A stretch of DNA of 64,000 bases from Penicillus capitatus (lineage: Eukaryota > Plantae > Chlorophyta): assembly GCA_965649825.1 (NCBI GenBank), contig OZ287696.1, positions 1,209,981 to 1,273,980 on the forward strand, read 5' to 3'. The notes beneath the pieces were generated by a model. That model worked only from the letters and a program-made list of their open reading frames with translations, did no database searches and was not told the DNA's origin. Positions within the stretch are counted from its first letter, which is position 1; each line of letters starts with the position of its first letter. Both the position numbers and the translations under genes were made by a program. Shown here piece after piece: positions 11,985 through 25,038 of the stretch.

Positions 11985-13550
11985 ATGCGTCATCGCATCC
12001 TGATGATCAGCGACTTCTTCTTTCCGTCTTTCGGTGGCGTCGAAAGCCACATCTACCAACTTTCACAGTGTCTGATGCAACGCGAACACAAAGCAATCGA
12101 CGGACCATCGCCTCACACCCATCCAGCATCCATCGCATGTCTATAGGTTGTGGTGATGACGACTGCTCGAAGTGATCGCAAAGGGGTGCGGTTTCTATCC
12201 AATGGACTCAAAGTGAGGTGTCACACATAATGATGGGACAGTGAGTGAGAGGATAGGTCTATTATGTCCCGCGATGGGGCGTGTTGAGTGGATGCATTCT
12301 CCCCAATGTCTTTGGAGGATTCTGCCTGTTGCGGGCGATTCTGATCCGCGAAGGGATTACGATCGTCCATGGACACCAATCCTGTTCGCCATTTGCCTGC
12401 CAATGCATTTTCCAAGCACAATCCATGGGATTCAAAGTCTGTCCCATCTGCTTCAAACTGATACCGAGTGTGTTGCTCTGTCAGTGTGTGTTTACGGATC
12501 ACTCCCTGTTTGGCTTTGCCGATCTGTCGGGCATTGCTCTGAACAAAACGCTCAAATGCGTCATGGCCAATGTCGATCATGTCATCTGTGTTTCGCATAC
12601 CTCCAAACAGAACACAGTAATCCGTGCCTGCATCCCTCCCTCCCGCGTGTCTGTCATACCAAACGGTGAGCCCGTTATCTGAACGTTTCGTTCTCCTGTT
12701 CACTCTCACTCGTTTGCGGCAGCTGTTGATGCACAAGACTTTGAACCTGACGATTCGCGTGTCTTTGATCCCGAGCACATCACCATTGTCGCCTTTACGA
12801 GGCTGGTTTACCGTAAAGGCATTGATCTGTTGGCCGTGATTCTTCCCGAGATCTGCGAGCGACATCCTCATGTCCACTTCCATATCTGTCTCCTTCCATT
12901 CATCGTATTTCGATCACTCTGATTGCTTTCTAGGTGGAGATGGACCCAAGAAGAAGCTGCTCGAAGAGGTCATCTTTCGAGAAGATCTGTCATCGCGGGT
13001 CGCATTACACCCTGCTGTGCCTCACAGTAAAGCAAGGGGCGTTTTGATTCAAGGGGATGTTTTTATCAATGCCTCACTCACTGAAGCCTTCTGCATTGCC
13101 ATTGTGGAGGCGGCGGCGGCGGGACTTGTGGTTGTGTCCACCAGAGTGGGTGGCGTTCCGGAAGTCCTGCCACCAGATATGCTCATTCTGGCCGATCCGA
13201 CACCCGATTCTTTGATCGAGGCAGTCGAAACCGCACTGCGACGCGTGGGATACATCGATCGACGCGAACAGCATCGTCACATCGCAGAGATGTACAGTTG
13301 GTGGCGTGTGGCCGAGAGAACGGAATCGGTGTACGACGTGACGGTCGAATCGCAACGAGAAGACACACTGGCGGACGATATCCTCCGTCTCCTCCAATGT
13401 GGTCCAGTCGCGGGCGTCATCTTTGCTCTCCTGGCGATGGCTTTGAGAATCGTTGCGATGGTGGTTGAGTGGTGGCGGCCCAGTGCGTCCATTGAGGTGG
13501 TCCCAGATTTCGCCCATCAGAGCGGTGCGCGGACCGGGCAATCCCGATAG
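11985..13550 (+). CDS. PIGA: Phosphatidylinositol N-acetylglucosaminyltransferase catalytic subunit (PIG-A/SETH2)
   Basis: [53 protein letters not shown] and [35 protein letters not shown]. Confidence 0.97.
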
Positions 13551-13588
13551 AACCCAACCACCGTTACTCCCCCGCTCACGCTTGCGTC

Positions 13589-15270
13589 ATGGAGAAGGGC
13601 AACGACACCGTCGACAGACGGTCGAGCTGTGAGAGAGGACGTCTCCTCCCAGGCATGCGTTCGCTTTCCAAGCACGACAGCCAATGCCTTTCTGTAAACA
13701 CATGTTCACCTTTCGATGCTTTAGTCATCACAAACAACGCAGCGTCGACGATCTCTATATCGAGGGTGGCGATTCCAAAGGGGAAATTCAGAGTCGCATC
13801 GAAGTTCGCCTCTGCCATCGCGAGTCGCACGCTCCCTCTATGCACCATAGGCGTTGATTCATGAGGCAGCTGATCAGACTCTGCCAGTCAGAAAAGAGAG
13901 TTTGCTGTTTGATCCCCTCCTTCACACGTTTTCCCCTATTCACTGGTCATTTTACCAGGAAAGAAGTGTTGGATATCTCAGCGCCCTTCACGGATGCTGC
14001 CTCATCCATCATCGATGATTCCTTCCTGCGTTGCTTCACAAGCATGCCGCCTGATAACTGGAATTGGAATCTCTATCTCTTTCCTCTCTGGTGTCTGGGC
14101 GTCGTGTTGCGTCATTGCATTCTCTTTCCGTTAAGATTGCTGCTGCTGATGGCCGGTTTCGTCATGTTCTTTGTGGTCTATTTCACCATGAGAGCCATCT
14201 TTCGGGTAAGCAAAGCTGCAAGGGTTGCTGTCGGTATGTGCGTTTTTCAGGATTCTGCATGGAGGCGGAAATGGGAACGCGCATTGGTGTGTTTTCAGTG
14301 TTCGATATTTGTGGCATCTTGGACAGGGGTTGTGAAATTTCATGGACCGCGTCCTGTGTCGGCAGCCAATCGAGTCTGGGTGGCCAACCATACCTCCATC
14401 ATCGACTATATCATTCTTTGCTCATACAGGTCTCTCTCCGACAAAGGGTCATCTATCACAAGGGGATTTCTGCCTCTGTAGTCCTTTCGCTGTGATCATG
14501 CAGCTGCACAAAGGATGGGTGGGATATCTGCAGAAGTCGGTGCTGTCTTGTCTGGGCAGCATCTGGTTTAACAGGACAGAAGTCCACTCTTCCCCTCCCT
14601 TCTCACTCTTTTGCCCTCATTTTTTCTGCTTTCCAGGTCAAGGATCGGAAAACAGTGAGTGCGCGAATGAAGGAGTATATCTCAAACAAAGACTCGACGC
14701 CGTTGCTAATCTTCCCAGAAGGAACATGTGTCAACAACGAGTACTGTGTGATGTTTAAACGTGGAGCTTTTGACTTGGGAGCAACTGTCTGCCCCATTGC
14801 CATCAAATACAACAAGAGCTTCGTCGATGCTTTCTGGAACAGCAAACGACAATCGACAACGGGCCACATGGTCTGCTCACTCATCGTCTGTATAAAGGCA
14901 TCACTCATGAGAGGCTTGGCTAACTAGATCAAGCTGATGACGAGTTGGGCAGTGGTGTGCGATGTTTATTTCTTGGAGCCCCAGACGCAGCAGCCCTTTG
15001 AAGATTCTACCGAATTTGCCTCGCGTGTGCAACAGATGATTGCAAGACAGGCGCAGCTGTGCATCGTTCCATGGGATGGATATCTCAAGTACTATAACCT
15101 CGGCAAAAAGGCAAGTCTGCTGCACAGTGCTCGCAGATGTGCAGAGCGTGTTGGTATAGAATCCGCATTTGATCGAGAAACGACGTCAGATTTTTGCAGA
15201 AGCCATCAAAAACTACCTTACAGAAGACACCAAGCACTCAGAATCAAATACAGAGACACCCTTTGCTTGA
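13589..15270 (+). CDS. GPAT9: ER glycerol-3-phosphate acyltransferase GPAT9
   Basis: NWNWNLYLFPLW, VANHTSIID (HxxxxD motif), LLIFPEGTCVNN, PIAIKYNK, LMTSWAVVCDV and WDGYLKYYNLGKK|NPHLIEKRRQIFAE. 5' end approximate. Confidence 0.95.
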
Positions 15271-15395
15271 GGCACGATCTGTTTATGTGCCATTTTAGCT
15301 CTGTTGTGGTATACGCTCCAAGAGACGGATGGCTCCATCTTTCTTTATCCAGCTGCTCTCGACGCCCCCGTCCTGTCATCTCGTGTCCGTGTCGA

Positions 15396-17931
15396 CTAGA
15401 AAGAGATCTCTCCGTCTTCATCCGGTTCCTCATGTGCCAGCTCGATCATCTCTGGCTGAGTCAATGCACCTTGAAGTTCAGCACCGTTAATAAGCTGCAT
15501 GCCGGCAACGACGCTCATCATGGTGAACAGTGTATCGAAGCTGCCAGCCAACTGACTTCCAATCTGGCCCAGTAGTAGACACATCAGATTCTGCATCACA
15601 GCGGTGTTGCCTGCTCTCGATGAGGCGGAAGGACTGTGGTGACCGAAAACTTGTTCCACCAATCGGGACGTTGAGTTCTTCACGACACCTTGCAGCACAT
15701 TCAAGAGAGCGGCGTTCTGAGCAGGCGGCGGATTGATGTTCACACGATTCGACGATACCTACAACTCGAGATCAGACAGACAGATTTTATTGTCTGTTGA
15801 TGGAACCACGTTTTCACGACTCCTTCTGAATTCGTGACAGAGGGAAATGAGCTGACTCTGTGACTTCTCCACCTGATGTGACAGGTCAGGCTGTAGCAGA
15901 GAAACCGCATCTGTGTCCTACACGCAGTTCACTGTCAGTAGACTTGAACGGATCGCCTTACGGTTACCATCAGAAACTTCTCAATGCGTTTCCAGTTCTT
16001 GTCGAAATCCAGCCGTGCTTTCTTCCCTTGTTTAGCAAGTGTTCTATAGTTTTTGCTCGGCAGGTACTGTGTCTTAATCAGCTGGTGGTCTTCATTGTGT
16101 CGCTGAACTGCGTAGGACAGGAGAGATAGCTCCGTGGGGGACCAGATGTGTCCACGACTCACAGGATCATGTCTGACGATGCTCGCTCTCAGTCCACAGG
16201 TCATCATCCCATCCATCAATTTCATCACTCTTTGGATGATACGAGGAAAACGAAGCGTCGGCAGATAGCCAAATCTTCGGGAGGATCCCTCGACCGGCCA
16301 TTCATCGCTGTCGAAGAAGATGCCTTGCTTGGTGAACGAAATCACCATCAGAGCCTGCCACAGATGCGGAAGCACATGCAGCAAGGGCACATCGAGGACA
16401 GAGCTCAAGCTGTGCTCTGCCGTTTCACTCTCATCTTGCGTGTTCTCTTCCGTCAGATCGATGACGACTTCGACAGATGTCTTGCCTTGACGTTTCTTCC
16501 TTTTGTGTGGAGGTGGTCGCGTTCTCTTGCGACCTCGCTGTCCGTGGTCGACCGTTTGGGGAAGTTTTGTATGGAGAGGCAGGAGAGCTGGTACTTCTTT
16601 CTTCAGCATGGTTACGTAACCGAAGTCAAAATCTGCTTGGACTTTACATAACTGATACATGGAATGCAGCTGAGCATGCATCTCTTCGGCAGTCTCTCTC
16701 AGATGCGGAAGACCCAGACAAGCTGCAAAGGACTAGACACACAGATACCGTTGTTGGCACGGACTGCCGTGCGGGAGAGATGGTCGGTGACTTGAATTAA
16801 GAGCTGAGTGTGTGCATTTACAATTCTGTTAAGGCAGAGGATCATTTTGGGCGTCCAGGCATCGGTCTGCATTCTCATGACGCCTGACAAGGTGTTGACA
16901 TGCATTTCCATCCATCCAGGATCGAGCAATGTCGTCGAGAGTCCACCGCAGGAACTGTCGCATCGCTCAGGGTTAAACATATCTGCAACACAGTGTCATG
17001 CAGATATGGCCATCGGAACCGGCAGATCCTCACGTGAGGGGAAGATATCTGCAAAGTCAGAATGCGGCTCATGATGGCGGACACGACGAACAAATGATCC
17101 TGTTCTGCGTTTCAACGGTTTTGCTTCCGGATGGGCGGCGCCGAGATATCTTGGTTGAGTGTCTAACATTCTGCACGGATCATGGAGATCAAACTCCATA
17201 TGCATCGGCCTGAGGTCCTCAACGGAACCGAATTCCGGCAACTGATCATAGCACACAAGGACACCTGTCCGTCACATCATCATCGTCGTGAATAGCCACC
17301 CACCTCATCGAGTGTTGTATCGTCGACATAGGGGAAGAGACGGCCTTCCAAGTCTTCGATATCCAATGTGTTCATTGGGTAACGCGATCTGGTGCACCAG
17401 GCAGGCGACAGTTCATCCAGGGAGCCTAACCATAAAGCACGCCGCTCAGCAGGTACTGCCAAATCTGAAAGTGATGTGACGTGGATGCTCGACGCGGTCC
17501 GAAGGCGAGCGTAGAAAGCGCATCGGATGCGGAGACGGTGCGCGTTCCAGAGGCAACTCCCAGTTGGAGAAAGCACGTGGCGACAGCAGTGCCGTTTCTG
17601 TGACGTCGGGAAAGCCCTATAGACCGAAGTCGAGGTCAGCGCGTAGAGTCGCCTTCGATCGTTACGACGACGTTGCGTTCGTCTTCGGAAAGCTCATCAA
17701 GGAGCTTCCGCATGTCGGCGTCGAAGTCGGGATCGTCATCGTCCTCTTCGGGCAATGCATTGTCATCTCCGAGCGACTGCACACGACACCGAGTCACCGA
17801 TCGAACGTACAAACGGCTGTGGCGCTGACCAGTAAGAAACGCAGATAGTCGTCGTCTTCGTAGAGCGGCTCGCGCGGTGCTGTCGCGGAAGCTGAGATGG
17901 CGTCGTTCTCTCGGGACCATCGTCGGTCCAT
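15396..17931 (-). CDS. GON4L/DUO3-like nuclear protein with SANT/Myb-like repeat
   Basis: EDDDYLRFLL|..EEDDDDPDFD, CTRSRYPMNTLDIEDLE (cf. RTRSK/RTRARYSL) and WSPTELSLLSYAVQRH..YLPSK. ORF 15396-15743 can be joined in phase as the last exon via two GT-AG introns. Confidence 0.65.
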
Positions 17932-18044
17932 CTCGCTTTGCCGAACGTACCAACACCTCGATAGAACAAGGACAACAAGGATTAAGGCCGAAACCGATGC
18001 CTTTACAGCGATGTCATTGCAGATGTCACATCATTCTTTATCGA

Positions 18045-18497
18045 TCAATCTTCAGACGTTTCCGGATCCCATCCCTCCGCTTCCAACTCCTTATCGAGCT
18101 TCGCCGGAAGGCCAGTCTACAACACAGAGCGAGAGAGATCGATCGCCCCGTGCATTTCGAAATGCCTTACCAAAAACACATCCCAGTCATGATAGGCACG
18201 GAATAACAGCCAGAACCTGGGCGCCGCCGCCATGCGTCACACGATGGATAGAGAGAACGCGCACCATAGCTGCGCTCCGACGAACTCTGACATCCAGTTC
18301 TCGAATTTCTGCGGCTTGTTGATCGTCAGACCGGCATACGTGACGGGTTCACCACTTCCGAACAGGCCACCTGCATTCACACTGTGTGGCTTCGCGCCTC
18401 GATGAAAGCGCGCACCGGAAGAGGTCGAAGCGGCTCGGCGTTGGTGGACAGCGTCCCGAACCACATACTGAGCGCGTTTTGCGAAGGCCCTGAACAT
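18045..18497 (-). CDS. NDUFB2: Mitochondrial complex I subunit NDUFB2 (AGGG)
   Basis: Presequence, then GEPVTYAGLTINKP..GAQLW|FWLLFRAYHDWDVFL|TGLP; two GT-AG introns. Confidence 0.85.
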
Positions 18498-18535
18498 GAT
18501 GTCACAAATGAGCGACCATCTTGGTCGATAACGCG

Positions 18536-19364
18536 ATGCCGTCAGACCAGCCTGACCAGATTTTCAAACTCGTTTTGGTCGGTGACAGTGGCGTCGGAAA
18601 GAGTTGCCTTCTGAAACGTTTCACATCGGATACTTTTTCCACGAAGTCTCATTCCACCATTGGTGCGTTTTTAGCTACAATGCAGCTTTTTTGGAGAGAA
18701 GACGAACAGGTGTGGATTTCATGATTAAATTCATCACAACGGAGAGGGATAGGACAAAGCTGACGATGTGGGACACGGCTGGCATGTCTAGATTTCAGGA
18801 ATTGACGCGACGTTACTATGACGGCTCGCATGGCGTGATGTTAGGTAGGTGTCTTCTCTCTTGTATGACGGACGCATGACATCACGGCAATGGATCAGTC
18901 TATGACGTAACAAGACGCCAGACACTACAGAACCTCGAGGAGTCGTGGATGTATGAAGTGAATGCGCATAACTCGTTTGACAAAGCCGTCAAAATCGTTG
19001 TCGGTAACAAAGTGGACTTGGTACTCTAATGCAGCATCGATTTCAGGGACAGACAGGCGAGATGCTGATGTGATGTGACGTTTAGTCGGCGCGAGAAGTG
19101 ACCTGGGAGGATGGAGCCGAGCTTGCTCGAAGGCATGGCTGTCTGTTCGCCGAGACCAGTGCCAAGGACGATGTCGGCGTGAAAGAGGCATTTGAGAATC
19201 TGGCCATCGCGATGAAGCAAGTGCCTGAATTGATGGAAGACGCTCGGAAGAGGGCGGAGATTCGCTCGAAGGGGAAGAAGAGAAAGCAGATGCGCCAGTG
19301 TTGTCCGAGGTATGGATTGTTGGTCGATCGATTTCTCGCGGTATTTTTCACGAACAAACAGTGA
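18536..19364 (+). CDS. Rab GTPase, RabC/Rab18-like, divergent; 3' end uncertain
   Basis: [11 protein letters not shown]|VDF, WDTAGM, YDVT, GNKVD and ETSAK motifs, followed by QCC. Confidence 0.9.
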
Positions 19365-19931
19365 CGAACGGACATCTATCATCACCAAAGCATATCCATC
19401 TTGTACACTGTTTACACTGATTGATCGCGTGATATACTGTTTCCTGACAAGGGACGTTGAATGCTGTCTTTTGAATCCGTCTGTTTAGTATTCGGCGCTC
19501 AATCGGAGACACGATACTCCGAGCAGAGATTCCGAAGGTCACTGTCGTCACGATGTCAACGCGACGCGTTCGCTAAGGCGTCGTCATTGAAGAGACGTTT
19601 CGCGTCGCAAAGAGATCGTGGCGAGGTTACGACGACGGACGCCGACAGTTGTCTGTGTGCAAACGACCATGACGCCTTGTAAATTGCGATGCTGAGTTTA
19701 TGAATCATTTGAAGAGGAGGGTCACGAGAAAAGAGAAGATACCATTTCTGTGCTGTGAGGAGAGGGAGTGTTTTGTTGTTGTGGAGGACGGATCGTTAGC
19801 TCACGGCAAACAGTCACTTGGTTTTATGATTGTTCGTTTGTTTATGAATCCACACGGGTGTCGTAAAAACGAGCAGTCGTCATTGTGCACAGGGATCCGA
19901 GACTTACATACACACTGCTGATTGCGGTCCG

Positions 19932-21551
19932 TTATGTGACTCGACGGATGACGCCTAGGTCTCTGATCTCGTCCGATGGACCTTCTCGAATAAACTTCTG
20001 CCAGTGCTTTGGCATAAGTGCTGCCAGATGTACTGCTTCGACACGTCGCTCCAGCGCCACCTCCAAAGCGACGACCTGATGCACATGTCCATGATCGCCA
20101 GAGGGGAACAGTTCGATGTCATGGTACTTCAAACAATGTGGTTTCGATTTCCGCTTTCGATTTTTGGAGTTTCGGCAGCAGGGCATGCATAACGGCCTCT
20201 GCATCATCTTTGGCCAGCCATGCGTGCTCGAGCAACTCCGGAAACTTGCCTGCAAGCACACAGAAATTGCAGCAGTTCTTCATAGCTTCCTCACACCTTC
20301 CACAGCTCTAAGAATATAACAGAGTCTCTCTGCTAAGATAGATTTCAGTTCTTTCATCTGATCGACAATCTCGTCCAGTTTCGCATCATTGCCCAATGAC
20401 CGACAGGCACGACCATACAACCCTGTATCGATGCGTCAAAACAGACATGGAGGATGGCACACAGCCGAGAACACCTGACAGAAGATAATTGATTTGCTCC
20501 GTACCGACATTTGCTGCCAAGTTATCCAACAACCACTCATAAATTCGATCTGCCTCATCCGGCTGATTCCAGAATATGTGCTGCAGCAGCAACGTATCGT
20601 ATTCCGTCACTTCTGATCGACCGTTACAGTAAGCAGAGACCTAGTGGAGACAGTCACGCATCCAAAGCCGCCATTCCATCATGCAAGGCATACACGCATG
20701 AGATCCACCGCTTTGACTAGGCGTCGGTCCGAAACGTAGACAGGAGGCTCGCACTTGTTCTGTAGCCAGCTTCGGAGATCTGCCATGAGATGGACGACCT
20801 GAGGAGGAATCGACACTTCTTTGCGTGCCTTGTGTCGTGTCTCTTCAAAATCTGTCAACAGCAGTCCAGATTGCTGCTCCTCTGTTCCTTTCTCTGCCTC
20901 TTCGTTTCCTTCTCGTGGCGTTCCCGCTGAAGACAGCAATGCCACCAGTCCTCCTGATGTGACTTGCTTCACTTCCTTGCGAATCAAGAATCGATCGTAA
21001 AGGGCATTCAGTTCTTCACTCTCGGGCAACTCGTTCGAAGCCCCCACCAAACACAGCAACGGAATCCGTGTCCTTTCCGATCCATTGTCGAACAATCGCT
21101 CATTAAGTACGGTGAGCAACGTGTTGAGAATGGCGGAGTTGGCTTTGAAGATTTCGTCGATGAAGGCGACGGTTGCATCCGGAAGATACCCCTCCGTTTG
21201 GCGGATGTATCGATCGTCCTCCAGTGCGCGCATGGACAGGGGGCCAAAGAGCTCCTCAGGTACGGAGAATTTTGTCAGCAGCCTCTCAAAGAACGATCCC
21301 GCACAGAGCTTAGACAGACGTCGTCCCAGTTCACTCTTGGCCGTTCCAGGCGGTCCGATAAAAAGAACGTGCTCACCACTCAATGCCGCCAGCAGTAAGA
21401 GACGCACTTCTGTCTCCCGTTCCACGAGATTTCGCTCCATCGACGTGATCGAGGATTGGATGCGTGAACGCAGGGATACTGTCGCCAGATGCTGCCCATC
21501 CTGCCGTCCATTCATTGCGCTCTCTTGCACTTCATCGTAGATCTTCTTCAT
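19932..21551 (-). CDS. MoxR/RavA-type AAA+ ATPase (5' exons extend toward ~21813, not resolved)
   Basis: GEHVLFIGPPGTAKSEL, FERLLTKFSVPEELFGP, FIDEIFKANSAILNTLLTVLNER, ASNELPE, ALYDRF and VSDRR. Confidence 0.92.
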
Positions 21552-21883
21552 GGCCTTCTGTGAGAGCTCACGGAGCTTCGAATTCTGGACAGGTGTTATA
21601 TGAGGTGCTGAGGATGGAGTGCCGCGTCTACCTCAACAGCGACATTGTTGTCACGTTGCTCGAAGGGACCCAGTCTTCCGCCACACGCCCCTCGTCTGCC
21701 TTCGAACGCGTCCCTTTCCCAGTGACTCGCATCTGTGTCGACATAAGACGCATGGGACGGCAGATGGCGGGATACAAGACGCACGGACGATCTTGAGACG
21801 GCCCCGTGAGCATGGAGGTCGTCGATACAGACGCAGGGGTCGACTAGAAGAAAGCGCCACGACGTGCATGATGATGTTGTATA

Positions 21884-24800
21884 ATGACGAAGAAAAGGAG
21901 AAATGTCGGCGTGGGGGTGGACTTTCGAAGGGCGAAGCGAAAAGTGGGACGATCGTTGAAGAAATCCACGGCCACCGCGACAGACACAACCATTCGATCT
22001 CGGCAGATCTGTGTCCCAGGTCAAAGCGTCTTGGCCGAACGCGAAGGGACGGCGCTGAGCAAACGACATCTGTCGCTCAAAGTGATCACGGCCAAAACAC
22101 CTCTTCGTCGTCAGTCGCAGCCTTCACTTTAGGAACTCCTGCAGCAAACGACGCACTACAATGCCAAAGTGCGGCGCGAGGCATTTGGCGGAATGGCGGA
22201 GCTCTGTACGGAGCATCCCGTCGAAATGCACGCCCATCTGTGCCCCATACTGAACGCCATGAGCGAAGGCATCGTTGACGTGCAGGGATCTGTTCGTGAG
22301 GCGAGTTATCGATTTGGTGCACACATTGTCGTGTCCTCGATCAGCAAGGAAGCCATGTCACCTTTCCTGTCGACCATTCTCGCACACATTTGCTGGTCAT
22401 GGATCAAACGTGTGTTCATGGCATGTGTCTAACGATCCCTGCTTGCATATACAGTGCTTTGACGCATTTGGATGGAAACATCCGCGAAGATGGACTGCGA
22501 TTTTTGCAGCTCATGGTGTGAGAGCGCAAAACGGGATGCAAAGGACACGTGTATCTATAGGTGAAGTGTTACGGAGAGGTGATGGATTCTTCGAAACTGG
22601 AGCCGTGTATTCAGCAGCTGGTGCATTTACTTGCCGATAAGCAGCGATTGCAAAAACTGGAATGGCAATCGCATGCGTCTCTGACCAAGGTATCGATTAT
22701 CGAGTCCCTCGACGACTCAGATTTCTCTCTGTAGGTGCTCAGAGCATGCAACGATCTCCTTCCGGTGACGTTTTCGAAAACAGAAGAGTGTCAATACCCT
22801 CCTTTGTTCTCTTCCACAGTGGGACGCTGATCTTCTGGTGCAGTACATAAGACAGACATCCATCGCCTGTTTGTAGATGTCGAACTTGGAGTCTGAAGAT
22901 GAATGGCATTCTATGTTCATCGCCCTGCTGAAGAATGCAAAGGACATCGTGGAATCCAGTCTACTGCTGGCGGACTCTGTATCAGAGAGAGATGTGCATC
23001 TGTCAAATGCGGTGGAGGCATTGACGTGTTGTCTGCTGACGGCACGGCACCTCTTGGCACCGCAGAAACAAGCGGGGGCTCAGAAAGGGCAGAGAATAGA
23101 AGCACACCTACAGGTGTCTTCTAATCTCGAGCTTCTGCTGTGTCTGAGAGGCATATGAGCAGGAGATGTGCATAAAGCTCAGAGATCCGTTTCCTTGGTC
23201 CTCAGATACGTCGGATCCTGCCGAGCGATGCAGATTGATTGGACTGCTGAACCTGAAGACGGCAGAGTTCTATGTGCTGTGCTTGCGTTCATGTGGACAG
23301 ATGCGAGATCTCATTCAGCAGGACGCCATTCACCAGTTCTACTCCGGTCTGTTGCTTTTTCTGCCATCCCTCTCACTACTTGTGTGATGCAAGGTGTTAT
23401 GGACACGGCCCTCAGCCATGTCTGTGCAGCACATGGAGAGGCAGTTGTGATGCTGTTGCCGCAATTGCAGGGATTCATGGAGATCCTCGACGAGGAAAAA
23501 TGGGAGGCGTTGTTACTGAAGCTGTTGCATTGTTGTGACAGATTCCTCCATAAACCAACAACACTGCTACCCTGTTTGCAACTCGTACAAGACATCATGA
23601 TAAATCGGTTCTCCCACAGAAGCAGCCAGAGAGGTCGTCAATCTTGCGCACTTCGTACTGAGAGATGTGTTCTGGAAGGTGAATGTCATACAGCTGTCAA
23701 AGAATTGCTGGCGTTGCTGCCGAAATGGATGTGGAAAATGGCGTCCAGGACATCCGACGGCCTCCACGTGTGATTTCAGAACTCCTTGCACAAACCAACA
23801 GTTGACATTCGCTGTAGATGTGCTTGCATCTCCTGCGTCTTTTGGCATGCTCAGCTGAGTCAGAGATGACAGAGGCACTGCTCGCCATCCGCCCTCAAGT
23901 ACTTCTCCTTCTTGTGGTCCCTCAAAGAGACAAAGAAACAGGTAATCAGATTCATGGCAATTTCCTCGCTATGTTGGCTGAATGATGATCTTAATAATGT
24001 GAGCGAGACCTGACGGTCCATGACAGACGTCATAGTTACACTGACAGCTGGACAAAGCCACGAGATGGTCCTTCGTGCTGTGAGAGGACTCATCTTTTGC
24101 TTAGGGGAGACGCGCTTATTGACTGGACCGCTTGCGGCTTGTTCCCAGGAAGTGCAACTGCTCCTACTGGACGCACTGTTTTATTTTCCGGTCACAGAGA
24201 TGCCATTTCTGGAGTTGACTCGTCTGTTGTTCATTCTTCGCGAGAAGCGCTTTGGGTTCGAATTCCTTTCGAGGCTGTGGCTTCTGATTCGTCATCAGTT
24301 CGATCAATGCAGAGAGAGTGATAAGACACAGGACTATGTCAAGGAGCTGGTTCGGGAAGCTCTCCACGACCGAGAATTCAACAATGCAACCAGAACGAAA
24401 GATGCATTGATCAGAGCCGAACTCCTCAAATCTGCAGCAGTTGATTTGGCGCTTTCTACCATCCTCGATCCGGTGACTTTCGCCCTTCAATTAACGGAGA
24501 AACTCCGACAGCTTCCTGCAACCGAAGCTGACTGCTGCATTCATGGGGTGCTTTGCCTAGCGTGCCGCGTGCTGCACGATGCATCAAGGGAAATGCGCGA
24601 TCGTGAAGAAGAGACGTCTTTTCATGCAATACTGGCAGAATTGCTGGTGCACTATCTGTGCAGCTTTCTGCAGACAAGGCTCGATTGGGTCTGCAGCGAA
24701 GATGAACCTCATGTCCGTCAATCGCAGGCTCTGGCATGTCCCTACCACTCAGTTGACCTTCTACATTCTGTCTGCTCAAGCCATCCCTCCATTCTACCTT

Positions 24801-25033
24801 TCCTTCTCACATCTCTGGGAAAACAACTCGAGAATGCATCCGACAAGAAAGCGCACATAACGTCCGCCCTTTTATTGTTGCTTCTGGAGAAAAGGAGTTT
24901 AGCAGAGGAATGGGTGGCGTTGAGAATCGCTGTTCTTGATCTGTTCGGACGGTTAGAACGGTTCTATCAAATGGGAAGACAGACACATATTTGGCACAGA
25001 CTATCTGCTCTAAGGCAACATCTGTTTCATTAG
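21884..25033 (+). CDS. TEX10: TEX10/IPI1 (Rix1 complex, pre-rRNA processing)
   Basis: DFRRAKRKVGR, ATDTTIRSRQICVPGQ, LSLK|ELLQQTTHYNAKVRREA and ALTHLDGNIREDGLRFL, followed by helical-repeat exons to 25033. Confidence 0.85.
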
Positions 25034-25038
25034 CAGAT

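Noticed and set aside
20964-21540. Long antisense ORFs opposite RavA, CEP104 and PDE12
   Set aside because: Shadow ORFs expected opposite GC-rich coding sequence.
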